A stretch of 32,000 nucleotides of DNA, taken from Candidatus Karelsulcia muelleri. Its GTDB lineage: Bacteria > Bacteroidota > Bacteroidia > Flavobacteriales > Blattabacteriaceae. This document shows positions 7,616-16,709 of the stretch, one piece after another. Numbering within the stretch: position 1 is the stretch's first letter; each line of letters starts with the position of its first letter. The notes beneath the pieces are model-generated. The model saw only the letters and a list, made by a program, of their open reading frames with translations. It ran no database searches and was not told the origin of the DNA. A program made the position numbers and the translations under genes. The stretch covers positions 90,001-122,000 of the forward strand of contig NZ_CP029011.1 in the NCBI RefSeq assembly GCF_003214255.1. The letters run 5' to 3'.

Positions 7616-8323
7616 TTACATATTTTTTTTATTTTTTTTAAAAAAAGAAATTCCTTCAATGATAGAATCGGTTAGATAGCTTAATATTAAATTAATAGAT
7701 TTTGAAGAATCATCATTTGCAGGAATAGGATATTTTATTTTTCTAGGATCAGAATTTGTATCCACTATTCCAATAATAGGAATGCCTAAATTCAAACATT
7801 CATTTACAGCAATTTTTTCTTCTGTTACATCAACTATTATGACACATGCAGGTAAAAAATTCATTTTATAGATAGATCCTAGATTTTTTTTTAATTTAGC
7901 TTTTAATCTCTTTATAAGGAATCTTTCTTTTTTAGACATCATCTCATATGTCCCATCTAGTTTTTGTCTATCTATAACTTTAAGTTGTTTTACAGATTGA
8001 CGGATAGTGGCAATATTAGTTAATATGCCTCCTAACCACCTTTCGGTTATATAAGGCATATTAACTTTATCTGCATAATCAGAAACTATAGTTTTTATTT
8101 GTTTTTTAGTTGCTACAAATAATATTTTCTTTCCAGAAGAAGAAATATTTTTAAGAAATATACAAGCTTCATTTAACTTTTTTATAGTTTTAGATATATC
8201 TAGAATATGTATTCCACATTTTTTCATAAAAATATACTGTCTCATATTTGGATTCCATTTTGATGAAATATGTCCCAAATGTGCTCCTACTTTAATAAAT
8301 TCATCTATCTTTAGATTTAACAT
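7616..8323 (-). CDS. rpsB: 30S ribosomal protein S2
   Basis: From the ATG at 8323: MLNLKIDEFIKVGAHLGHISSKWNPNM, then ILFVATKKQ and RWLGGILTN. The track start at 8374 overlaps rpsI and is less likely. Confidence 0.92.
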   Translation of the reverse strand: MLNLKIDEFIKVGAHLGHISSKWNPNMRQYIFMKKCGIHILDISKTIKKLNEACIFLKNISSSGKKILFVATKKQIKTIVSDYADKVNMPYITERWLGGILTNIATIRQSVKQLKVIDRQKLDGTYEMMSKKERFLIKRLKAKLKKNLGSIYKMNFLPACVIIVDVTEEKIAVNECLNLGIPIIGIVDTNSDPRKIKYPIPANDDSSKSINLILSYLTDSIIEGISFFKKNKKNM

Positions 8324-8327
8324 AATA

Positions 8328-8717
8328 TTATCTTTTTGAAAATTGAAATTTTTTCCGTGATTTTTTTTTCCCATATTTTTTACGTTCTACCATTCTGGGA
8401 TCTCTAGTAAGTAGATTGTTTTCTTTTAAAAAAGGTTTATTATTAATATCAAATTTACAAAGAGCTCTAGAGAGAGCTAAGCTAATTGCTTCAGCTTGAC
8501 TATTTATTCCTCCTCCTGAAACTTTTATATAAATATCAAATTTATTTTTAGTCTCTGTTAAAATTAACGGTCTGGAAATTTTATGAAATGCTAAATTAGT
8601 AGTAAAATATTTTTTATAATAAATATTATTTACTTTAATTAAACCTTTTCCAATTCTCATGTACATTCGAGCAACAGCAGTTTTTCTTCTCCCTATAGTA
8701 TGAATACTATTTTTCAT
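8328..8717 (-). CDS. rpsI: 30S ribosomal protein S9
   Basis: GRRKTAVARM, GGGINSQAEAISLALSRAL, and the C-terminal KKSRKKFQFSKR. Confidence 0.95.
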   Translation of the reverse strand: MKNSIHTIGRRKTAVARMYMRIGKGLIKVNNIYYKKYFTTNLAFHKISRPLILTETKNKFDIYIKVSGGGINSQAEAISLALSRALCKFDINNKPFLKENNLLTRDPRMVERKKYGKKKSRKKFQFSKR

Positions 8718-8719
8718 AA

Positions 8720-9175
8720 TTAATAAATATCATTTATATTTAATAAATTTAATTTAATAGTTTTTTTTAAATTATGGTTTGCAGTAGAAAAAATATATAA
8801 ATTTTTTTTTATTTTGCTTCCTAATGAAGTTTTTGGTAACATTCCTAAAATAGATTTATATATTAAAAGACAAGGATTTTTTTTAAATAATTCAATTGCA
8901 GTTGAGATTTTTTTTCCTCCAGGAAATCCACTATGACTAATATATTTTTTATCTTTAAATTTTTTTCCAGTTAAAATTATTTTACTTGCATTTATAATAA
9001 TAATTTTATTTCCACAATTAAGATTTGGAGTAAAAAATATTTGATTTTTTCCTATTAGGATTTTTGCAATTATAGAACAAAATCTACCAAGAATTTGATT
9101 TTCTGCATCGAATAATAACCATTTTTTATTTTTATTTAAAATAGTTTTATTAGCTGATAAAGTTTTAAAAAACAT
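8720..9175 (-). CDS. rplM: 50S ribosomal protein L13
   Basis: KWLLFDAENQILGRFCSIIAKIL, HSGFPGG, and GMLPK. It sits in the conserved rplM-rpsI order. Confidence 0.93.
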   Translation of the reverse strand: MFFKTLSANKTILNKNKKWLLFDAENQILGRFCSIIAKILIGKNQIFFTPNLNCGNKIIIINASKIILTGKKFKDKKYISHSGFPGGKKISTAIELFKKNPCLLIYKSILGMLPKTSLGSKIKKNLYIFSTANHNLKKTIKLNLLNINDIY

Positions 9176-9295
9176 TTATTTTTTTATAAAAAAAAAGTAT
9201 ATATTATATATATATTATATTTTAATTTTGATTTTCAATTATAATTTAATTTTAAATTAAATTAAATTTTGATTTGAAATTAAATTAAATTATAT

Positions 9296-9393
9296 ATATA
9301 ATATAATATAATATAATATAATATAATATAATATAATATAATATAATATAATATAATATAATATAATATAATATAATATAATATAATATAATA
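9296..9393. repeat. Perfect pentanucleotide array (ATATA/ATAAT), about 19.6 copies, ending 8 nt before the dnaK ATG
   Basis: Period-5 identity holds from 9296 to 9393. Confidence 0.95.
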
Positions 9394-9401
9394 AAAAAAA
9401 A

Positions 9402-11288
9402 ATGAGTAAAATAATAGGAATAGATTTAGGTACTACAAATTCATGTGTTTCTGTAATGGAAGGCAATTCACCAGTGGTAATTCCAAATTCAGAAGGAAAA
9501 AGGACAACTCCTTCAATAATTGCTTTTTTAGAAGGAGGAGAAACAAAAGTAGGAGATCCAGCTAAACGGCAAGCTGTTACTAATCCGAATAAAACTATTT
9601 TTTCGATTAAACGTTTTATGGGACGAAACTTTTCAGAAGTGACTGAAGAATTAAAAAATGTTCCTTATAAAATAATAAAAGGAGAAAATGATACTCCTAG
9701 AGTTTCTATAGGAAAAAAACTATATTCTCCTCAAGAAATTTCTGCTATTATTTTACAAAAAATGAAAAAAACAGCAGAAGATTATATTGGAAATGAAGTT
9801 AAAAAAGCTGTTATTACTGTCCCAGCATATTTTAATGATGCTCAACGTCAAGCAACAAAAGAAGCTGGAGAAATTGCTGGCTTAAATGTAGAACGGATAA
9901 TAAATGAACCTACTGCGGCAGCCTTAGCTTATGGATTAGATAAAAATCATAATAATAATAAAATAGTGGTATATGATTTAGGGGGAGGAACATTTGATAT
10001 TTCTATTCTAGAATTAGGTGAGGGTGTATTTGAGGTTTTATCTACAAGTGGAGATACTCACCTTGGTGGGGATGATTTTGATAAAGTTATTATAGATTGG
10101 TTAGGAAAAGAATTTAAAAAAGAACAAGGAGTGGATTTAAGGAATGATTCTATGGCGCATCAAAGATTGAAAGAAGCTGCAGAAAAAGCAAAAATAGAAC
10201 TTTCATCAAGTTCAAAAACTGAAATTAATTTACCATATATAACTGCCAATGCTGATGGACCAAAACATTTAGTAAAAACTCTGACTAGGGCAAATTTTGA
10301 AAAATTATCTGATCATCTTATGAAAAGATCATTAGATCCTTGTAAAAAAGCTTTAGAAGCTGCAAATTTAATAGATAAAAATATAGATGAAGTAATTTTG
10401 GTAGGAGGTTCGACACGAATTCCGAAGATACAAGAACAGGTAGAAAAATTTTTTAAAAAAACTCCTTCGAAAGGAGTAAATCCAGATGAAGTGGTTTCAA
10501 TAGGAGCAGCTATACAAGGAGGAGTTTTAAGTGGAGATGTAAAAGATGTATTATTATTAGATGTAACTCCATTATCATTAGGAATTGAAACATTAGGTGG
10601 AGTATTTACAAAATTAATAGACTCAAATACTACTATTCCTACTAAAAGATCAGAAATTTTTTCTACTGCTGCAGATAATCAATCAGCAGTTACTATCCGT
10701 GTGGGCCAAGGAGAAAGATCAATGTTTAATGATAATAAAGAAATAGGTAGATTTGATCTAATAGATATTGCCCCTGCACCGAGAGGTGTTCCACAAATAG
10801 AGGTTACATTTGATATTGATGCCAATGGAATTTTAAATGTATCAGCTAAAGATAAAAGCACTGGCAAAGAGCAATCTATCCGAATCCAAGCTTCATCCGG
10901 CTTAAGCCAAAATGAAATAGAAAGAATGAAAAGAGAAGCACAAGAAAATGCCGAAAAAGATAAAAAATTAAAAGAAGAAATAGAAAAAATAAATTCTGCG
11001 GATAGTATGATTTTTCAAACTGAAAAACAACTGAAAGAGTATGGAAATAAAATTTCAGAAGAAACTAAAAAAAAGATTGAATTGAATTTAAAAAATCTAA
11101 AAGAGGCTCGTAATTCAAAAAATATATCTGATATAGATCATTATATAAATATAATGAATAAGATATTATCTACTTCAGCCCAAGAATTATATAACACTAA
11201 AAAAAAGAAAGATGAGAAAAATGATTCAGAGAAGAAATCGGAAAAAAATAAAAATGTTCAAGATGTAGATTTTGAAGAAGTAAAATAA
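9402..11288 (+). CDS. dnaK: Molecular chaperone DnaK (Hsp70)
   Basis: [38 protein letters not shown], and other near-universal Hsp70 motifs. Full length, 628 aa. Confidence 0.98.
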   Translation: MSKIIGIDLGTTNSCVSVMEGNSPVVIPNSEGKRTTPSIIAFLEGGETKVGDPAKRQAVTNPNKTIFSIKRFMGRNFSEVTEELKNVPYKIIKGENDTPRVSIGKKLYSPQEISAIILQKMKKTAEDYIGNEVKKAVITVPAYFNDAQRQATKEAGEIAGLNVERIINEPTAAALAYGLDKNHNNNKIVVYDLGGGTFDISILELGEGVFEVLSTSGDTHLGGDDFDKVIIDWLGKEFKKEQGVDLRNDSMAHQRLKEAAEKAKIELSSSSKTEINLPYITANADGPKHLVKTLTRANFEKLSDHLMKRSLDPCKKALEAANLIDKNIDEVILVGGSTRIPKIQEQVEKFFKKTPSKGVNPDEVVSIGAAIQGGVLSGDVKDVLLLDVTPLSLGIETLGGVFTKLIDSNTTIPTKRSEIFSTAADNQSAVTIRVGQGERSMFNDNKEIGRFDLIDIAPAPRGVPQIEVTFDIDANGILNVSAKDKSTGKEQSIRIQASSGLSQNEIERMKREAQENAEKDKKLKEEIEKINSADSMIFQTEKQLKEYGNKISEETKKKIELNLKNLKEARNSKNISDIDHYINIMNKILSTSAQELYNTKKKKDEKNDSEKKSEKNKNVQDVDFEEVK

Positions 11289-11348
11289 GTTTGTGTTGAA
11301 TTTGAAAAGAATTTTATTTTATTTATATTGTTATAAAGAATATGAAAA

Positions 11349-11873
11349 TTGATGAAAAGAAAACCTGCCAAAAGGAGAAGTTATAAAATAAATAAAAAGA
11401 TTTCTGCTACTGAACTAAGGTTAGTAGGAAATAATATTGAAACTGGAATTTATTCTTTGAAAGAAGCTTTAAAGAGAGCTTCAAATTTGGGGTTAGACTT
11501 AGTAGAAATAAATTCTAAAACAAACCCTCCTATTGGGAGAATTATTGATTATAAAAAATTTTTATATGAACAAAAAAAAAAAACAAAAAAATATAAACAA
11601 GAAAAAATGAGAACTAAAGAAATAAGATTAACTCCTCAAATATGTGAACATGATCTTCTTTTTAAAAGAAAACATGCAGAAAGATTTTTAAAATCTAAAG
11701 AAAAAGTGAAATTTACAATTTTTTTTAAAGGTCGTTCGATTATTCATAAAGAAAAAGGAAAAATTCTTTTATTAAAATGTGCTTCTTATCTTGAAAAATT
11801 TGGAAAAATAGAACAAATTCCAATTATGGAGGGGAAAAAAATGTATATAATTTTATCACCTAAAAGATTTTAA
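11349..11873 (+). CDS. infC: Translation initiation factor IF-3
   Basis: [52 protein letters not shown], and [14 protein letters not shown]. The start codon is uncertain (TTG 11349 or ATG 11352). Standard infC-rpmI-rplT order. Confidence 0.9.
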   Translation: MMKRKPAKRRSYKINKKISATELRLVGNNIETGIYSLKEALKRASNLGLDLVEINSKTNPPIGRIIDYKKFLYEQKKKTKKYKQEKMRTKEIRLTPQICEHDLLFKRKHAERFLKSKEKVKFTIFFKGRSIIHKEKGKILLLKCASYLEKFGKIEQIPIMEGKKMYIILSPKRF

Positions 11874-11878
11874 TTTTT

Positions 11879-12091
11879 ATGTTAAAATTAAAATTAAAAT
11901 TAAAATTAAAAACTAAATCTGGAGCCAAAAAACGTTTTAAATTGATAGGAAATGGAAAAATTAAAAGAAAAAAATCATTTAAAAATCATCTTTTAACTAA
12001 AAAAAAGAATAAAAGAAAACGTAGATTATCCGAATTTGAGATAGTACATAAATCAGATATGAAAAATATAAAAAAACAATTAAATGCCTAG
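11879..12091 (+). CDS. rpmI: 50S ribosomal protein L35 with an N-terminal (LK)5 repeat extension
   Basis: The conserved [11 protein letters not shown] core follows [11 protein letters not shown]. It lies between infC and rplT. Confidence 0.85.
   Translation: MLKLKLKLKLKTKSGAKKRFKLIGNGKIKRKKSFKNHLLTKKKNKRKRRLSEFEIVHKSDMKNIKKQLNA
11882..11911. repeat. Perfect hexanucleotide array (TTAAAA)5 immediately after the rpmI start codon
   Basis: Counted directly. It encodes (LK)5. Confidence 0.95.
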
Positions 12092-12419
12092 ATCAGGAAA
12101 TGCTGTAGCCTCCAAAAAACATAAAAAAAAAATTTTAAATTATGCTAAAGGTTTTTATGGGGCAAGAAGTAAATTATATACAGTAGCTAAAAATGCAGTG
12201 GAAAAATCATTTCAATATTCTTACATGGGACGTAAAATGAAGAAAAGAAATTTTAGAAAATTATGGATTAAACGGATTAATGCAGCAGCTAGAAAAAATG
12301 GAATATCCTATTCCAATTTAATTTTCTTTTTTAAGAAAAAAAATTTTGTTTTAAATCGGAAAGGTTTAGCGGATTTAGCAATGAAGAATTTTAAAAATGT
12401 AAATTATTGTTTGGATTAG
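12084..12419 (+). CDS. rplT: 50S ribosomal protein L20
   Basis: [30 protein letters not shown], and [14 protein letters not shown]. Its start overlaps rpmI by 8 nt. Confidence 0.93.
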   Translation: MPRSGNAVASKKHKKKILNYAKGFYGARSKLYTVAKNAVEKSFQYSYMGRKMKKRNFRKLWIKRINAAARKNGISYSNLIFFFKKKNFVLNRKGLADLAMKNFKNVNYCLD

Positions 12420-12939
12420 GATTGATTTTAGCTGAGATTTTTTTTAATTGATTATGAAGAAATAATTTTTTGGGATCAGAAATGTGATCTAGAAAGAATT
12501 TCCCCTCAATATGATCATATTCATGTTGAATTATTATTGATAATAACCCGTTAAAATGTTGTTTATATTTTTTCCAATTTTCATCATAATATTCTAGTAT
12601 TAAATGATTTTTTCTGATTATATTTTCTAGTATATTAGGAATACTTAAACAACCTTCTTTAGTTATCAAATATGAACCATAAATTTTTAAAATTTTTGGA
12701 TTAATAAAAACTTGTTTAAATTTTTTTTTATAAAAATTATTATATTCAATAATAAATAAACGAAGAGAGATTCCTATTTGGGGAGCAGCTAATCCAATGC
12801 CTTGGGCTTTCCCCATTGTATCATACATATTTTTAATTAAAGAATTAATTTTGTTGGAGTTGGAGAATTTTTCAATTTCAAGACATCTTTTTCTTAAGAG
12901 AGGGTGACCATAAATTAGTATGGGTAATATCATGATCAT
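12391..12939 (-). CDS. def: Peptide deformylase
   Basis: All three deformylase motifs are present: GIGLAAPQIG, EGCLSIP, QHEYDHIEG. Confidence 0.93.
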   Translation of the reverse strand: MIMILPILIYGHPLLRKRCLEIEKFSNSNKINSLIKNMYDTMGKAQGIGLAAPQIGISLRLFIIEYNNFYKKKFKQVFINPKILKIYGSYLITKEGCLSIPNILENIIRKNHLILEYYDENWKKYKQHFNGLLSIIIQHEYDHIEGKFFLDHISDPKKLFLHNQLKKISAKINPNPNNNLHF

Positions 12940-12944
12940 GAATT

Positions 12945-13364
12945 TTAGATTGTAAAAGAAGAATTGCTTAGAAAATCTTGTAAAAGAAGAATTGCACTGA
13001 TTTGATCTAAGATTTTTTTTCTTTTTTTTATTTTTTTTTTGTTTAAAAAACTATTTATTAAAAAATAATTAGCAATTTTAGATGAAAATCTTTCATCTAT
13101 ACGTTTGATTATTAATTTGGGATATTTTTTTTTTAAAAAGTTTATAAATTTGAGAATATCTTTTTCTATTGGAAAAAGAGATTTATCAGATTTGAGAGGA
13201 TGTCCTATAACAAGAGTATCTATATATTTATTTTTTATATATTTATCGATTGTGGCAATTAAATGATTGTAATCTACTGTTTCTAGACCAAATGCTATTG
13301 ATCTAATAGGAATTGATAATCCTATTCTTTTGGTTCCAAAATCAATACATAAGATTTTTGACAT
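12945..13364 (-). CDS. ruvX: YqgF/RuvX-family putative pre-16S rRNA nuclease / Holliday junction resolvase-like protein
   Basis: N-terminal ILCIDFGTKRIGLS, 139 aa, ERFSS motif. Confidence 0.8.
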   Translation of the reverse strand: MSKILCIDFGTKRIGLSIPIRSIAFGLETVDYNHLIATIDKYIKNKYIDTLVIGHPLKSDKSLFPIEKDILKFINFLKKKYPKLIIKRIDERFSSKIANYFLINSFLNKKKIKKRKKILDQISAILLLQDFLSNSSFTI

Positions 13365-13380
13365 AAAAAAAATATATTAT

Positions 13381-13597
13381 TAATATAATATAATATAATA
13401 TAATATAATATAATATAATATAATATAATATAATATAATATAATATAATATAATATAATATAATATAATATAATATAATATAATATAATATAATATAATA
13501 TAATATAATATAATATAATATAATATAATATAATATAATATAATATAATATAATATAATATAATATAATATAATATAATATAATATAATATAATATA
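13381..13597. repeat. Perfect pentanucleotide array (TAATA), about 43 copies, 217 nt
   Basis: Period-5 identity holds from 13381 to 13597. It fills most of the divergent ruvX/dapD spacer. Confidence 0.95.
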
Positions 13598-13629
13598 TAT
13601 ATAATATTAATATATATATAATATAATTT

Positions 13630-14466
13630 ATGATAGAATTTATGGACAAGATTATATTGAATTTAAAAAAAAAGATAGATTTTTATTGGGAGAAAAAATT
13701 TAAGATTTGTGAAAGTGATTTGAAATTTACTGTAGAAAAAGTGATAGAATATTTAGATAAAGGGAAATTAAGAGTAATTTCTTTTTCAAAAAAAAAGAAA
13801 ATTATTATTAATGAATGGATAAAAAAAGCAATTTTAATTTATTTTAAAATAAAAAAAATAAAATTAATAGAATTTGGAAAATTTAAATTTTTTGATAAAA
13901 TTCCTTTAAAAAAAAATTTTAATGGTGTGAGAGTAGTTCCTACCGCTCTTGCAAGATATGGATCTTTTATTTCAAAGAATGTAATTTTAATGCCTTCCTA
14001 TGTAAATATAGGAGCTTTTATAGGAAAAGAATCTATGATAGATACTTGGGCAACTATAGGTAGTTGTGCCCAAATTGGGAATAGAGTACATATAAGTGGA
14101 GGAGTAGGAATAGGAGGAGTATTAGAACCCTTACAAAATTCCCCTGTTATTATAGGGAATAATGTTTTTATAGGATCAAGATGTATTTTAGTAGAAGGTG
14201 TAATTGTTGAAGATGAAGCTGTATTAGGAGCTAATGTAGTATTAACGGCTTCTACTAAGATAATAGATGTGACAAATGTCACTAAAAAAATTTCAAAAGG
14301 GTTAATTACTAAAAGGTCAGTAGTAATTCCTGGTTCATATTCTAAAATATTTAAATCAGGGAAATATTACGTACCTTGTGCATTAATTATAGGAAAAAGA
14401 AAAAAAAGTACTGATAAAAAAACATCATTAAATGATGTGTTAAGAAAATATAATATTTCAGTTTAA
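13630..14466 (+). CDS. dapD: 2,3,4,5-tetrahydropyridine-2,6-dicarboxylate N-succinyltransferase
   Basis: Left-handed beta-helix hexapeptide region GAFIGKESMIDTWATIGSCAQIGNRVHISGGVGIGGVLEPLQ..PVIIGNNVFIGSRC. The start could be ATG 13630 or ATG 13642. Confidence 0.85.
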   Translation: MIEFMDKIILNLKKKIDFYWEKKFKICESDLKFTVEKVIEYLDKGKLRVISFSKKKKIIINEWIKKAILIYFKIKKIKLIEFGKFKFFDKIPLKKNFNGVRVVPTALARYGSFISKNVILMPSYVNIGAFIGKESMIDTWATIGSCAQIGNRVHISGGVGIGGVLEPLQNSPVIIGNNVFIGSRCILVEGVIVEDEAVLGANVVLTASTKIIDVTNVTKKISKGLITKRSVVIPGSYSKIFKSGKYYVPCALIIGKRKKSTDKKTSLNDVLRKYNISV

Positions 14467-15528
14467 TTGAATAATATGATAATTGAAAAAATTTATAAAT
14501 CCCGGATAAATAAAATTGATTTGAATGATATATCTTTTGGGAATCATTATTCAGATCATATGCTTTATTGTAATTTTAAAAATGGAAAATGGGAAAATCC
14601 TATAATAAAACCATTTGGTAAAATTACTGTTTCTCCTATTTCACTAGTATTTCATTATGGTCAAGCAATTTTTGAAGGTATGAAAGCTTATAAAGATAAG
14701 TTAGAAAATGTATTTTTATTTAGGCCGATGGAAAATTTTAATCGTATGAATTCTTCTGCTAAACGTTTAAAAATGCCATTAATATCTAAATCGATTTTTA
14801 TAGATGGATTAAAAAAATTAATAAATTTAGATAAAAAATGGATTCCAAATAATTATGGGCAATCTCTTTATATTCGTCCTTTTATTATAGCTTCAGATGG
14901 AAAATTATCAGCCAATCCATCTAAAAAATATATTTTTATGATTATTTGTACTCCTGCAAAGAATTATTATTCAACTCCCTTAAAAGTGAAGATAGAACAA
15001 AAATATAGTAGATCAGCTGAGGGAGGAATAGGTTTTACAAAAGCGGCAGGCAACTATGCCTCTTCTTTTTATCCTACTAATATAGCACAAAAAGAAGGAT
15101 ATGATCAAATATTATGGACTGATTCATCAACTCATTCTTTTATAGAAGAATCAGGAACAATGAATGTTTTTTTTTATATTAAAGATTGTTTAATAACAGC
15201 TCCAGCTAATGAAAAAATTCTTAGTGGAATTACTAGAAAAAGTATTATTACTCTAGCAAAAGAAAAAGGTTTAAAAGTAAAAGAATGTAATTTATCTGTT
15301 TCAGAACTTTTATATAGTTTCCGTAAAAATTTAGTAAAAGAAGTATTTGGGTGTGGGACTGCAGTGGTTGTAAATCATTTTAAACAAATAGGATATAAAG
15401 GTAAAAATTATTTTTTACCTAAAATCTCTTATGAGAAAAGAATATCTTTTTTTTTAAAAAAAAGATTGTTAGATATTCAACATAATGTAGTTGATGATCC
15501 ATTTGTATGGAGAAAAAAAATTAATTAA
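14467..15528 (+). CDS. ilvE: Branched-chain amino acid aminotransferase
   Basis: HYGQAIFEGMKAY, LYIRPF, EESGTMNVFF, and GCGTAVVV. The start is TTG 14467 or, more likely, ATG 14476. Confidence 0.9.
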   Translation: MNNMIIEKIYKSRINKIDLNDISFGNHYSDHMLYCNFKNGKWENPIIKPFGKITVSPISLVFHYGQAIFEGMKAYKDKLENVFLFRPMENFNRMNSSAKRLKMPLISKSIFIDGLKKLINLDKKWIPNNYGQSLYIRPFIIASDGKLSANPSKKYIFMIICTPAKNYYSTPLKVKIEQKYSRSAEGGIGFTKAAGNYASSFYPTNIAQKEGYDQILWTDSSTHSFIEESGTMNVFFYIKDCLITAPANEKILSGITRKSIITLAKEKGLKVKECNLSVSELLYSFRKNLVKEVFGCGTAVVVNHFKQIGYKGKNYFLPKISYEKRISFFLKKRLLDIQHNVVDDPFVWRKKIN

Positions 15529-15686
15529 TAATTTTTTTTAAATTTATTGACATGAATTTATATTTAAAATATTTATTTATTTATTTAACATTTAAATTAA
15601 ACCCATTTCTTTTCCTGCTTTTTTAACATTTATTGAATTTTTAACATTTTTTTCTTTTCTTTATTTTATTTTATCTTTATTTTATT

Positions 15687-16622
15687 TTATTTTATCTTTA
15701 TTTTGAATAAATTTTTTAATAAATAAAGATTTTTAATAAATAAAGAAGCTTTATTAAAGTCATTTGGAATTATTCCTTTAATAATTGCTTTTTTTAAAAG
15801 TTTTTTTAAAATTCCTATTTCTTTACATGAATTTATATTTAAAATATTCATAATATTATCTCCTGATAAAGGAAAAACAAATTTTTTTTTGTTTTTTTTT
15901 TCTTCAATTTTTTTAATTTTTTTTTTCAAAAAATCCAATTTTTGTTTAAATTGTTTTTTTTTTAAAAACTTTTTAGTTGTTATATCAGATTTACACAAGA
16001 AGATTAAATCTTCTATAGAATTCCCCATATTAACTAATAATTTTTTTATTGAAGAATCAGTAGTCAAATAACTGATTAAAGTTATAGGTCTTGAACTATA
16101 TTTAATAATATTTTTAATATATTTAATATTTTTTTTTTTATGTAATTTAAGTCTTTTAAAAATTGAATCAATCATTTTTGCACCTATTAATTCATGTGAA
16201 TAAAAAGTCCATCCAATATTTGATCTATATTTTTTAGTTAGATATTTTCCAATATCATGTAATAATGCTGCCCATTTTAACCAAAGATTATTAGAATAAT
16301 TACTAATATTATCTACTACTTTTAATGTATGATAAAAATTATCTTTATGTTTAAAACAATGAATTTTTTTTATACCTTTAATATTTATTAATTCTGGTAG
16401 AATTATTTTTAATAATCCTATTTTATAATAGAAAAAAATTCCTTTAGAAGGATTTTTATCTAATAAAATTTTATTAAATTCATAAATAATTCTTTCTATA
16501 GAAAGAATTTGAAAATTGTTTTCAATATAAAATCTTATACTTTTAAGTGGATCCTCTGAATTTGAATTTGAATTTGAATTTGAATTTGAATTATAAAATT
16601 TCAATTTCCTCCTATCCTTCAT
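15687..16622 (-). CDS. Class II tRNA nucleotidyltransferase (CCA-enzyme)-like HD-domain protein lacking the N-terminal catalytic head domain
   Basis: HKDNFYHTLKVVDN, LWLKWAALLHDIGK, and GWTFYSHELIGAKM match the body plus HD region of Bacteroidetes CCA-adding enzymes. The N-terminus begins at the EDPL(K)..IRF motif. No GGxVRD, DxD or RRDFTINA motifs are present. Confidence 0.7.
   Translation of the reverse strand: MKDRRKLKFYNSNSNSNSNSNSEDPLKSIRFYIENNFQILSIERIIYEFNKILLDKNPSKGIFFYYKIGLLKIILPELINIKGIKKIHCFKHKDNFYHTLKVVDNISNYSNNLWLKWAALLHDIGKYLTKKYRSNIGWTFYSHELIGAKMIDSIFKRLKLHKKKNIKYIKNIIKYSSRPITLISYLTTDSSIKKLLVNMGNSIEDLIFLCKSDITTKKFLKKKQFKQKLDFLKKKIKKIEEKKNKKKFVFPLSGDNIMNILNINSCKEIGILKKLLKKAIIKGIIPNDFNKASLFIKNLYLLKNLFKIKIK
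16557..16592. repeat. Perfect hexanucleotide array (TGAATT)6 at the 5' end of the cca-like ORF, encoding (NS)6 on the minus strand
   Basis: Counted directly against the codon frame. Confidence 0.95.
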
Positions 16623-16709
16623 TTATAATTTATAATTTATAATTTATAATTTATAATTTATAATTTATAATTTATAATTTATAATTTATAATTTATAATT
16701 TATAATTTA
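16621..16709. repeat. Perfect heptanucleotide array (ATTTATA), about 12.7 copies, filling the mnmA/cca-like spacer
   Basis: Period-7 identity holds from 16621 to 16709. The array includes two bases of the cca-like ATG at one end and the mnmA TAA stop (16707-16709) at the other. Confidence 0.95.

Noticed and set aside
13380-13649. 89-aa minus-strand ORF translating to (YIILY)n
   Set aside because: It is simply the (TAATA)43 array read in an open frame. It has no start context and no protein-like composition, and it overlaps the dapD start.
1725-16709. Possibility that the repeat arrays are CRISPR arrays
   Set aside because: The units are 5-7 nt and strictly contiguous with no unique spacers, there is no leader, and there are no cas genes.
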